DNA from: Vicinamibacterales bacterium
Lineage (GTDB): Bacteria; Acidobacteriota; Vicinamibacteria; Vicinamibacterales; UBA2999
Length of the DNA stretch: 64,000 nucleotides
NCBI GenBank assembly: GCA_036004405.1
Contig: DASYRM010000113.1
Location: 60,111-124,110 of the forward strand
Direction: 5' to 3'
This document shows positions 56,314 to 64,000 of this stretch, one piece after another; within the stretch, counting starts at the first letter, position 1, and each line of letters opens with the position of its first letter. Under the pieces are notes generated by a model that did not search any database, had not been told where the DNA came from, and saw nothing but the letters and a program-made list of their open reading frames with translations. Position numbers and translations under genes: made by a program.

Positions 56314-57461
56314 TGATGGGCGAGGGGACACAGATGACAAGAGTGACGCACGCCGTACTCGTCGCCACCTTCCTCACGGTACCGGTGCTGGTCGAACGCA
56401 CCTACGCGCACCACGGCGCCGGCCGCTACGATCCGAGGAAGCACGTGGAGCTCGAGGGCAGGCTGACACGGCTCGACTTCGTCAACCCGCATTCGTATGT
56501 CTATTTCGATGTCGTCGGTGACGACGGTAAGGTCATCGCGATGAAATGCGAGATGCGGTCGGCCACGGTGCTCCGGCGCTCCGGCTGGTCGCCAGAGATG
56601 TTCAAGCCGGGCGCGTCCATCAAGGTGGCGGGTTACCCGCATCGCGACGATCCGACGGCGTGCAGCGTGGAGACGTTGACGCTTGGCGACAAGCCGACGC
56701 TCGAGCGCTATCAGCAGCTGAGCGACGCGAAATCCGTCGATCGCACGAAACGACCGTTCCGGCTGCCGAACGGCAAGCCGAACCTCGCCGGCGAGTGGGC
56801 GCAGGAGCAACAGGTCCTCGCACAGCCGCCCGGCGGGCGCATCGGGCTCGTGCCGATCAGCCAGGCCGCCGCGATCAGGGCCGGCAAGCTGCCGATGCCG
56901 AAAGGCCCCGCCGGCTGGTTCCCGCCGCCCGTGACCTTGACAGCAGCCGGACAAGCGGCGGCAGAGGCGCTGCGCAAGCAGCCGACGTCGGAGAACCCCC
57001 GGCTCTCCTGCAAGGTCACGAGCATCCTGTTCGACTGGGTGTTCGACGGCGCGATCGGCCGCATCACGCAGAGCGCGAACGCCATCAAGATGGAGTACGG
57101 CGTCGGCCTGACCCGGACTGTGCATCTGAACCTGACCGCGCACCCGCCCAATGTCGCGCCGAGCCGCGCCGGTCATTCGATCGGCCGCTGGGACGGCGAT
57201 ACGCTCGTCATCGATACCGTCGGCTTCGCGCCTGGCAGCCTGGCAGGTTCGCTTCCCCACAGCAGCAAACTGCACGTCGTCGAGCGCTTTACGCTGAATC
57301 CAACCACGCTCGAGCTCACCCGCGGCATCGTCGCCGAGGATCCCGTCTATTTCGCGGACAAGTACGTGGATTCCGATAGTGTCCTGCCGGCGGATGCGCC
57401 GTTCAGGGTCGAGGCCTGCAAGGAGCTCGCGCCGGAGTATCAGCAACCCGGGCGGAACTGA
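56313..57461 (+). CDS. Fusion protein: N-terminal HH small domain (as in 55027..55425) plus C-terminal paralog-family domain (member 4)
   Basis: 382 aa. Signal peptide ...ERTYA|HH. Residues about 30-150 match the small HH protein. Residues about 150-382 carry NGKPNLAGEW, SIGRWDGDTLVIDTVGF, ERFTLNP, EDPVYFADKY. Start may be M8 (56334). Confidence 0.65.
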   Translation: MMGEGTQMTRVTHAVLVATFLTVPVLVERTYAHHGAGRYDPRKHVELEGRLTRLDFVNPHSYVYFDVVGDDGKVIAMKCEMRSATVLRRSGWSPEMFKPGASIKVAGYPHRDDPTACSVETLTLGDKPTLERYQQLSDAKSVDRTKRPFRLPNGKPNLAGEWAQEQQVLAQPPGGRIGLVPISQAAAIRAGKLPMPKGPAGWFPPPVTLTAAGQAAAEALRKQPTSENPRLSCKVTSILFDWVFDGAIGRITQSANAIKMEYGVGLTRTVHLNLTAHPPNVAPSRAGHSIGRWDGDTLVIDTVGFAPGSLAGSLPHSSKLHVVERFTLNPTTLELTRGIVAEDPVYFADKYVDSDSVLPADAPFRVEACKELAPEYQQPGRN

Positions 57462-57517
57462 GGCGGGCTGTCGAGCGCGGCGCGAACCGAGCGCAGTCTC
57501 GTAAGAACGGGCGGAGC

Positions 57518-58405
57518 ATGCTTACCAAGTCAGGTTCCGTGTTGGCCTTGACGCTTCTGGTGACGGCCGTCGCCGGCGCGCAGATACCGGCTGACCCTTC
57601 TCCAACGGTCCGGCGGATCGACCACATCATGATCCGCTCGGGAAATCCTTCCGACGTGTACGGCTTGCTGGCCGACACGTTGCAGTTGCCTGTCGCATGG
57701 CCGCTCGCGAGTCCGCGAGAGGGCGTCACGACCGGCGGTGTCAGTGTCGGCAACGTCAACCTCGAAGCGATTCGCTTCCCGGCCCAGACGGAGCAACAGC
57801 CTCGACTGCTCGGCATCGCGCTCGAACCATCGCCGCTTGACCAGGCGATGCGGCAGTTGACTTTGCGCGGCCTGGCGGTTGGCAATCGGCGCGAGATCAT
57901 CGGGAGCAGATCCGACGGATCCAGGGGGCCGCTGTGGACCAACGTGACCTTGCGCCAGTTTTCAGACTCCGACAACCCGGCCGATGGGATCGTCCACGTC
58001 TTTCTAAGTGAGTACAGTGCGGCCTATGTCGACGTTGAAGAGCGTCGCGCCCGTCTGCGTCAGCAACTCGCGGCGAGTGGCGGCGGACCGCTCGGCATCA
58101 CCGACGTGAAAGAGGTCGTTGTGGGAGTCAGCGATCTGGCGTCGGCGAGGCGACTCTGGCAGCAGCTGCTCGAACCGGCCGTCTTGGCGGGTCCGGACCA
58201 ATGGCAGGTCGGCGATGGCCCAGCGATACGTCTTGTGCCCGCTGATCAGAATCGGATGGAAGCGCTCGTCATACGCGTGGCATCGCTCGACAGGGCGAAG
58301 ACGTTCCTGCGCGACAACGGACTGCTGGGAAAGGAAGCTGACGGACAGGTCACCATAGCTTCTTCGAAGCTCGGTGCCGTTGATCTCCGCCTCGTTCCCC
58401 GATAG
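57518..58405 (+). CDS. Secreted hypothetical protein (possible VOC/glyoxalase-like fold)
   Basis: 295 aa. Signal peptide. IDHIMIRSGNPSDVYGLL resembles VOC beta-alpha-beta-beta-beta openings. Weak. Confidence 0.4.
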   Translation: MLTKSGSVLALTLLVTAVAGAQIPADPSPTVRRIDHIMIRSGNPSDVYGLLADTLQLPVAWPLASPREGVTTGGVSVGNVNLEAIRFPAQTEQQPRLLGIALEPSPLDQAMRQLTLRGLAVGNRREIIGSRSDGSRGPLWTNVTLRQFSDSDNPADGIVHVFLSEYSAAYVDVEERRARLRQQLAASGGGPLGITDVKEVVVGVSDLASARRLWQQLLEPAVLAGPDQWQVGDGPAIRLVPADQNRMEALVIRVASLDRAKTFLRDNGLLGKEADGQVTIASSKLGAVDLRLVPR

Positions 58406-58976
58406 CCGACGCGCTCGAACCATGTTGCTGAACTTCACCAGGCGTCGTCGGCTGGCAATCCTGCTGGCCGTCCTGAGCGTCGTTGTTGCGCTCGTGCTCC
58501 TTGGCAGGTGGGGGAATGCCAGGAAGGTCGGCGGACAGGGGCCCGCTGAACCGTTCCGAATCGCCGGCAACCTTTACTACGTCGGGGCGACCGACGTCTC
58601 GGCGTTCCTTGTCACCGGGCCCGAGGGCCACGTCGTGCTCGACGGCGGCTATCCCACCACGGCGCGCTTGATCATGGCGAGTATCGCGAAGCTCGGCTTC
58701 GACATCAAGGACGTCAAAGTGCTGCTCAATTCGGAGCCGCACCCCGACCACGGGGGCGGGCTGGCGGGGCTCCAGCAGGCGTCGGGTGCTCAGTTGTGGG
58801 CCAGCGACGCGAGCGCCGATTCCCTCGCCTCCGGCGGCGACGACCCCGACGGCTTCCTGCCATTGAGGGCCCTCACCTGGATCGGCGTCTTCGGCTATCC
58901 GGCTCCGCGCGTCGACCACCGGTTCAAGGATGGCGACACGATCCGTGTGGGACCGACTGCACGATGGTGCCTGTGA
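58374..58976 (+). pseudogene. Subclass B3-like metallo-beta-lactamase fold gene, 3'-truncated
   Basis: 200 aa. Signal/TM. YYVG...FLVTG..GHVVLDGG, then EPHPDHGGG (E-x-H-x-D-H variant of HxHxDH), then DGDTIRVGP. Ends about 90 aa short, exactly where GC drops and a foreign segment starts. No C-terminal half in any frame downstream. Confidence 0.55.
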
Positions 58977-59133
58977 TGGAAGTGTTTGTTCGTACCGGGA
59001 CGGGTGATGACAAAGAGTGTTCGGCCGAGAACATGGAATTCGTCGGCATCGCCGCGTGAAGGCGTCAGCTCGGCTCAGGGAAGTTGCGTCGCTGTCGAAC
59101 CTTCATTCAGTGGCGTCCTGAATCGCGCCCGAA

Positions 59134-59382
59134 CTATCGCAGATGCCGATTGGCGAAGGCAACACCTGATCCGGACTTCAGATATCGCTCAAAGGCAACG
59201 GCCCGCTGTTCATCCCCGAACTCGATGACCAGGTCGATGGACCAGGGTCGGTACTTGGCCGTGTGGATACGACTGCCGGAGTTGTGCTCCGAGTATCGTG
59301 TCGAAACGTTCGAGGTCAGGCCAGTGTAGTACCGCGGTGGAACGGCGCCGTTCTTGAGCACGTAGACAAAGCGCTTCGACAT
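59134..59382 (-). CDS. GIY-YIG nuclease family protein (YhbQ/UPF0213-like)
   Basis: 82 aa. MSKRFVYVLKNGAVPPRYYTGLTSNVSTRYSEHNSG...PWSIDLVIEFGDEQRAVAFERYLKSGSG. The 173-aa ORF extension upstream is translation of repeat DNA. Confidence 0.75.
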   Translation of the reverse strand: MSKRFVYVLKNGAVPPRYYTGLTSNVSTRYSEHNSGSRIHTAKYRPWSIDLVIEFGDEQRAVAFERYLKSGSGVAFANRHLR

Positions 59383-59499
59383 CCGCGGTGCTTCAGCAAG
59401 CAGGTTGCCGCGTCGAATCAGGGCAGGATCTTCATGAGTGGGCGATCGGGTCGCAGTCTTATGAACAAAGAGCAGGTACCGAAGTTCCAAGGACTGGGA

Positions 59500-59690
59500 G
59501 GTCCACCTTCGCTCGCCTGAAGACACCGCAAGCTTCGGTGGACATCCTTCGCCTGTTGGTGGTGTGAGCTGGCTGGCTTGCCAACCATAGCTCGCTGCGA
59601 GCGTCTCGGCAGTCCACCTTCGCTCGTTTGAATTCTTGCGAGCTACGGTGGACAACCTTCGCGTGAGTCATGAGCGAAGGTTGGTACCCC
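59500..59690. repeat. Two tandem about 55-nt imperfect palindromic elements (GTCCACCTTCGCTCG...CGGTGGACAxCCTTCGC) 110 nt apart, plus a third partial inverted copy
   Basis: Copy 1 about 59500-59553. Copy 2 about 59610-59663 (about 85% identical). Partial reverse copy GAGCGAAGGTTGGTAC at about 59672. Lies in the lower-GC segment upstream of the GIY-YIG gene. Not CRISPR-like (2 copies, palindromic). Confidence 0.6.
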
Positions 59691-59850
59691 TTCGATCACG
59701 AAGTTCAAACCCCAACCAGCCTGGAGATCGATCCGTCGGTGGCTTGAAGCGATGCAGCTAATTGCCGCTGCTTGAATCACTTATCCTGTTGTGACGTTTC
59801 TGGATACCGGGGGCGTGCTACACTGTGGCCAAATATCTACACGTATTGAT

Positions 59851-60105
59851 ATGGCTCTCAACATCCGCAATGCAGAAGCCGAGCGGCTCGCAGCCGAGTT
59901 GGCCAGACAGACCGGCGAGACCAAGACCGAAGCGGTGACCAAGGCTCTGCGCGATCGGCTCGCGCGTGTGCGGCGCGAGCGCTCCCGTCGGCGACTGGCG
60001 GATGAACTCGAGGCCATTGCGGAACACTGCGCCAAGCTGCCCGTCCTCGACGCCAGATCCGCAGACGACATTCTCGGCTACGACGAGCACGGTCTGCCGC
60101 GCTAG
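59851..60105 (+). CDS. vapB: Type II antitoxin VapB (Rv0623/PSK-like)
   Basis: 84 aa from ATG 59851. [39 protein letters not shown].... Confidence 0.8.
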   Translation: MALNIRNAEAERLAAELARQTGETKTEAVTKALRDRLARVRRERSRRRLADELEAIAEHCAKLPVLDARSADDILGYDEHGLPR

Positions 60106-60267
60106 TCCCCTGGAAGCGTGATGACTCACCTGATTCCCGGGCGGGGCATCCCGCCTGGCTGCGTTGCTCATCGCTTACTTATGCCCAATAAGCTCGCTCT
60201 TCGCGCCTTGCCAGCCGGGCGCCGCGCTCCGGGACTTAGGCAAGTCATCACGCTTCCAGGGGACTAG
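60102..60267. mobile_element. MITE-like element inserted exactly between vapB stop and vapC start. 25-bp perfect terminal inverted repeats CTAGTCCCCTGGAAGCGTGATGACT / AGTCATCACGCTTCCAGGGGACTAG
   Basis: Left TIR 60102-60126 contains the vapB TAG. Right TIR 60243-60267 abuts the vapC ATG. About 116-bp non-coding core. CTAG on both ends could be a target-site duplication. Confidence 0.6.
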
Positions 60268-60669
60268 ATGGTCATCGACACGTCCGCGCTCGTTGCCATC
60301 CTGCAACGTGAGCCCGAACGGCGTGCCTTCATCGAAGCCATCGAAGCCGCTGATGCTCGCCTGATGTCTATCGCTACCTCTGTCGAGATCTCCATCGTCA
60401 TCGAAGCGCGACACGGCGCCGAAGGACTGCGCGACCTCGATCACTTTATCGGTCGGGCAGGCATCGAGCTCGTACCCGTTGACGCCGAACACGGCAAAGT
60501 GGCGTGCAGCGCGTTCATCCGATTTGGAAAGGGACGGCATCGCGCAGGCTTGAATTACGGCGACTGCTTCTCGTACGCACTCGCGATCTCGACGGGAGAG
60601 CCGCTCCTCTTCAAAGGGGACGATTTCGTCCACACCGACGTTACGATCGTGGATCTGGGCTCGCGCTGA
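60268..60669 (+). CDS. vapC: Type II toxin VapC (PIN-domain ribonuclease)
   Basis: 133 aa. MVIDTSALVAIL N-terminus with the first acidic residue, later conserved Asp/Glu positions, C-terminal GDDF. Confidence 0.85.
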   Translation: MVIDTSALVAILQREPERRAFIEAIEAADARLMSIATSVEISIVIEARHGAEGLRDLDHFIGRAGIELVPVDAEHGKVACSAFIRFGKGRHRAGLNYGDCFSYALAISTGEPLLFKGDDFVHTDVTIVDLGSR

Positions 60670-61541
60670 TCGATGCCGCGTCGCGCGGTCAACATCAACC
60701 AGAAGGATCGGCTTGCCGGAACGGCAATCCGCTTGTGCGCAATCGCTTCGAACGACTTGTCGCCGCGCGTTGCACGAAAGGAACGGCCGTATGGTCTGCC
60801 CGAATCGTAGCGCGGGCAGGGATGCGGGGCCCGAAGGTCGGCGAGTTCGACATCATCCACCACATGGCGGCCGGCCGACTCGAAGGGCAATCTCTCTACG
60901 GAGCGGAGATCGTCACCAACCGCCGCGCCCAGCGCTTGGTGCTGAGCCACCCGTAGCCGCCGGTCTTTAAACCGGCCCCCTCGAAGGACCGGTATTCGGC
61001 CCGAGGCTTCAGCCGGCCCGTCCGGACACGGCATAAAAGGCTGGCCCGAAGTGCTCGATGACCAGGTCGACATCGTACGCCTTCGCCCAACGTGAGATGT
61101 CGTCTCGATCGCAATACCGCTTGTAGATCTCGAACGGCGTTCCGTCTCTGCCTGGCGCCCCGTTCGCGCCGGAAGTCACGTTCCGCGTGAAGTTCTAAGA
61201 CCGCACGACCCGCCGCCCGCGTTCCTGTGATCGACAAGTCGCTGCCCGAAGGGCAGCGGGGACATGTGCAAGCTCGCGGCGCATGTTCGTTCGGATGTCG
61301 TCAAGACGTTGGTCATCTGTAGACGACAGAACAGAAACCGTGGTCGGCGCAAGCGCACGCCATTGCGCATCTCTCGGCCGAGTCACTCGGCGCCGCGCAC
61401 ACTTCTCCCTGCCGCGGCATCATTGCCGGATTGGCGCCACTGCGGTGCGCGTGGTGAACCGCAGCCAGCGCCGGACCAGACCGTTCCGACGCTAGCGGGA
61501 GGCACGACCGATCTGTCGGTCGTGGTCGATGCGCGATATCG

Positions 61542-62429
61542 TCAATCAACCCGCTCCGCCTCGAGCGTCCAGAGGCGACTGCGGACGTCGGCCGACGGGT
61601 TGAACTTCAAAAGCAGCGCGTCGCTGCCCTGCCTCAAGATATCGCGGGCCTGCTGCATGTGCCGGCGGGCCTCCGCCTTGTTGCCCTCGGCGGCTGCGAT
61701 TTTCGCGAGCAAGTAGGGCGCCACGTAGCCGCCGGGGTGCACCGCTTCTAGCTGCGCGATCAGGCCGCGCGCGGTCGAGTGGTCGCCCACGCTGAGCGCC
61801 CGGATCGACTGACGCCGCAGAATCTCGGCACGGTCGCTCGCCGTGGTCGCTCGAACGTCGAATTCGAAGCTCACCGGCGGATCGGGGCGATGCCCGCCTT
61901 CGCTCAGCTCCGTGCGAACCTCGACTCGGTAGAACGCAGGCGGAAGGCCGGCTGTGCCCACCTCGACGCGCCATTCGACCTGGTCGCCCGGTGCGAGCGA
62001 GGTGCCGCCGGCACGCTCAAGGTCGCTGCGTCCAGCAGCCGTGATGCGCGTTGGCCGCCCCTGCAAACCGAGCCTCAGCTCAACCGGCGATTCGTCGACA
62101 AATTTCCCGCCAATGATCGGCGTGTGCAGTGGCGCGACAGGTCTCGAGGCTGGCCGCGGGGAAGTGTAGGATGTAAACGTAAACGGCGGGCCATTTTCGA
62201 CGAGCGGCGCGGTGTCGAGGGTGCCCCGATTGGTGACGCGAACGAGGAACGCGAGCGGCTCGCCGGCAAAGACGACGGGACCACTTCGACTAGGCCGTTC
62301 TGTGTACTCCTCGCCGTAGTACTCAGCATAGCCAGTCGACGTTGCAAGAAACGGACGAGGCGGACCTGCGTTTTGCGCCAAGAGAGAAGGGCCCGCAAGA
62401 AGGACGACGAGCATGCAGCTTGTCTTCAT
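61542..62429 (-). CDS. Secreted hypothetical protein with C-terminal TPR-like helical region
   Basis: 295 aa. Signal peptide (MKTSCMLVVLLAGPSLLAQ). Beta-rich middle. TPR-like end. Confidence 0.55.
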   Translation of the reverse strand: MKTSCMLVVLLAGPSLLAQNAGPPRPFLATSTGYAEYYGEEYTERPSRSGPVVFAGEPLAFLVRVTNRGTLDTAPLVENGPPFTFTSYTSPRPASRPVAPLHTPIIGGKFVDESPVELRLGLQGRPTRITAAGRSDLERAGGTSLAPGDQVEWRVEVGTAGLPPAFYRVEVRTELSEGGHRPDPPVSFEFDVRATTASDRAEILRRQSIRALSVGDHSTARGLIAQLEAVHPGGYVAPYLLAKIAAAEGNKAEARRHMQQARDILRQGSDALLLKFNPSADVRSRLWTLEAERVD

Positions 62430-62432
62430 ACT

Positions 62433-63542
62433 TCACCTCAACCTGATGTCCTGCAGTTCAGTCGACGTATAAGAGTGAGGAATATTCAGCCACGGACAGG
62501 AAGACAGGTTAGTAGTCTGTGGATAGTAGTTCGTCACCATGACGGTTGGCACTGGGGGGCCGCTGCCTGGAGTGCAACTGCCGCCGGCGCTCACGTCCGG
62601 CAGGTTCAGTCCATGCCCGATCTCATGCGCCGTGGTCTGCCGAAGCATTTCGTCGTCGACCGTATCGACCGTCGTCGTGTTGTTGTTGCCCGGACTAAAG
62701 AGACGGACCTTCTCGTAGTAGATGCGCTGGTTGGTGACATAAGCTGGTCCACGTACGGGGCTAATTGGGTCGCCTGGCGTACCGTACGTATAAGTCTGCG
62801 CGAAATCGCTGCTCGAAGTACCGGCGACTGCGAAGATGCGCATCCCCTTTTGCCTGTAATTGCCCGTGATCGCGCCATATCCGCTGTTGGCATAGTTGAA
62901 ATTCACGTCGCCGTCGACGGCGAGCTCGCTTTGGGCGATGTCCCACACATTGATCCCGAGATTGCCGGCGTAGCCCTGCCCTTGGGTCAGATCCGAGTAG
63001 ACGAACAAATCCTTCGTCAAAGGACTCAGCCGCTTGTGCTGATTCAACACGATGAAGCCACGGTACTCCTCGAAAACGGTGAGACCGTCACCAGTAAAAC
63101 CACTACCGGACGAAGCGTCCGCGTCGGCGCTCCTATCCGCATTGTCGGCAACGAGCCCCCCGGCCGTCTGCCAGCCGTGATCGGCGATCAGGTTGCCGTT
63201 CGCGTCCGCGGGCACGGCCAACGTTGCGGTGTCAGACCCGCCCTGCTGCTGTGCGCGCACGACGGTGAAACCGCCGTAGTCCTGGGCCTCAAGGACAACT
63301 CGCGCTGTGTTGTCCATGTCGAAGCCAGCCGTGGAGGTCTGCAGGGCATAGTCCGGGTCCGTGCTGCTGCCGCTGTTCATGGCGATGCCGACGAAACGCG
63401 TCGTCTTCTCGAGAGAGAAATCGACGTCGGTCACGCCTGACGGGGGCGCCACGATGTCGCCGTTGTCATCGACATAGGCGACGATGAGATCGATTTCCTG
63501 CGGCAGCGAGACGCTTACTCCGCTGAGGTTCGACCCCGGCAC
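62433..63542 (-). CDS. Zinc metalloprotease-like protein with HEIGHGLNLPD (snapalysin-like HEXXHXXXXXD) motif, lacking a signal peptide
   Basis: 369 aa. GTG start. In-frame stop 14 codons upstream. Possibly a 5'-truncated gene, since an extracellular protease would be expected to have a leader. Confidence 0.55.
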   Translation of the reverse strand: MPGSNLSGVSVSLPQEIDLIVAYVDDNGDIVAPPSGVTDVDFSLEKTTRFVGIAMNSGSSTDPDYALQTSTAGFDMDNTARVVLEAQDYGGFTVVRAQQQGGSDTATLAVPADANGNLIADHGWQTAGGLVADNADRSADADASSGSGFTGDGLTVFEEYRGFIVLNQHKRLSPLTKDLFVYSDLTQGQGYAGNLGINVWDIAQSELAVDGDVNFNYANSGYGAITGNYRQKGMRIFAVAGTSSSDFAQTYTYGTPGDPISPVRGPAYVTNQRIYYEKVRLFSPGNNNTTTVDTVDDEMLRQTTAHEIGHGLNLPDVSAGGSCTPGSGPPVPTVMVTNYYPQTTNLSSCPWLNIPHSYTSTELQDIRLR

Positions 63543-63804
63543 GAAGTCATCGATGTCGCTTTGATGGTCTGAGGATAGTCGGTATTAGCGCGGGCAGAGG
63601 TTGACTGAATGCCCGTTATGCGACGCGGGCCCCTTCGGCTGCGAACATCCCGTCCCGTTCTTCCCCCCTTCGGACAGCGCAGATTAGCACGCGCTCGCAC
63701 ACGGGCCCCGCGCGCAGAACGGGCCGCCCGAGCGCGTGCCTGGCCCTCGTGCACACGGATCCCCTGCCGGCGCGAAGCCACGATCGGTCCGCACGTCGGG
63801 AGGT

Positions 63805-63990
63805 TCAGTCGATCCAGTCGTCTGTCGCGGGAGAGGCGCGCGACGGGGCTGGCGCCGGCACCTCGGTCGGGAGGTGGAGGTGCGAGAGGATTCGTGCCGT
63901 GGCCGCCGATGCGTCGAGCATGGCGACAAGGCGGAGCCGCCCGCCGCACCCGGGGCACGCAAGCACGTCGATGGCGAAGACCCGGCGCAT
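63805..63990 (-). other. Short ORF with CPGCGG zinc-ribbon-like motif (MRRVFAIDVLACPGCGGRLRLVAML...). Possible C-terminal tail of a transposase-like gene running off the window edge
   Basis: Motif reminiscent of transposase zinc-ribbon tails. Window ends 10 nt upstream, so it cannot be assessed. Low confidence. Confidence 0.2.
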
Positions 63991-64000
63991 CAGGTCGGCC

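Noticed and set aside
59383-59655. N-terminal extension of the GIY-YIG ORF (173 aa)
   Set aside because: Extension is a translation of the tandem palindromic repeats. The YhbQ-like domain begins at MSKRFVYVL (59382).
59500-59690. Possible CRISPR array
   Set aside because: Only two full copies plus a partial inverted one. Repeats are themselves palindromic with non-unique spacing. No cas genes. Better explained as REP/MITE-like elements.
60504-61237. ORFs 60504..60956 (+), 60555..61073 (-), 60896..61237 (-)
   Set aside because: Mutually overlapping, no recognisable domains, frames break into each other. Treated as degenerate remnant DNA rather than genes.
1-64000. tRNA/rRNA genes
   Set aside because: No T-loop/anticodon-arm-like cloverleaf candidates or rRNA-conserved blocks noticed in intergenic regions. 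Not exhaustively scanned, so absence is provisional.

Overview
This 64 kb window is high-GC (about 65-70% by eye) chromosomal DNA. It most likely comes from an Acidobacteriota-type genome: two tandem acidobacterial-type VWA-domain genes and many secreted CarboxypepD_reg/TPR proteins support that. Gene density is about 1 per kb, and many long Arg/Ala-rich ORFs on alternate frames are GC-driven artefacts. No rRNA, tRNA or CRISPR array was found, though tRNA was not exhaustively scanned. A family of REP-like palindromes (cores GGGCCGCC-TNNA-GGCGGCCC and AGGCGGACC-TNNA-GGTCCGCCT, plus a GTAGCGAGGC type) sits on stop codons throughout.

Recognisable blocks, in order:
1. uppS-cdsA-dxr-rseP (isoprenoid/lipid/envelope).
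2. A minus-strand heme operon: two VWA genes, ccsA/hemX-like, hemA, hemC, a cobA-hemD fusion, hemB, hemL.
3. An F0-only ATP synthase operon (atpZ-atpI-atpB-atpE-atpF) with no F1 genes following.
4. A minus-strand cytochrome-oxidase cofactor cluster: M23 peptidase, cupredoxin lipoprotein, ctaA, ctaB, DUF420, M48 peptidase, CarboxypepD/TPR protein, sulfatase-TPR protein.
5. A flotillin gene plus assorted secreted hypothetical proteins.
6. A tricarballylate cluster: tctC-tctB fusion, tctA, tcuA, tcuB.
7. A CXXCH / QW-repeat secreted protein immediately followed by a TIR-TM-FGE-sulfatase protein, convergent with an esterase plus a large membrane-anchored patatin-like phospholipase.
8. An amidohydrolase, a bacterial topoisomerase IB and an OPT transporter.
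9. A PadR regulator with a frameshifted HAAS-like partner.
10. A cluster of paralogous secreted proteins of unknown function. It includes small proteins whose mature N-terminus is predicted to be His-His, and one gene that fuses that small domain to the paralog domain.
11. A lower-GC insertion that truncates a B3 metallo-beta-lactamase gene. It carries a GIY-YIG nuclease gene, tandem about 55-nt palindromic repeats, and a vapBC pair split by a MITE-like element with 25-bp perfect terminal inverted repeats.

The window ends with a snapalysin-like metalloprotease lacking a signal peptide and a possible transposase-tail fragment at the edge.
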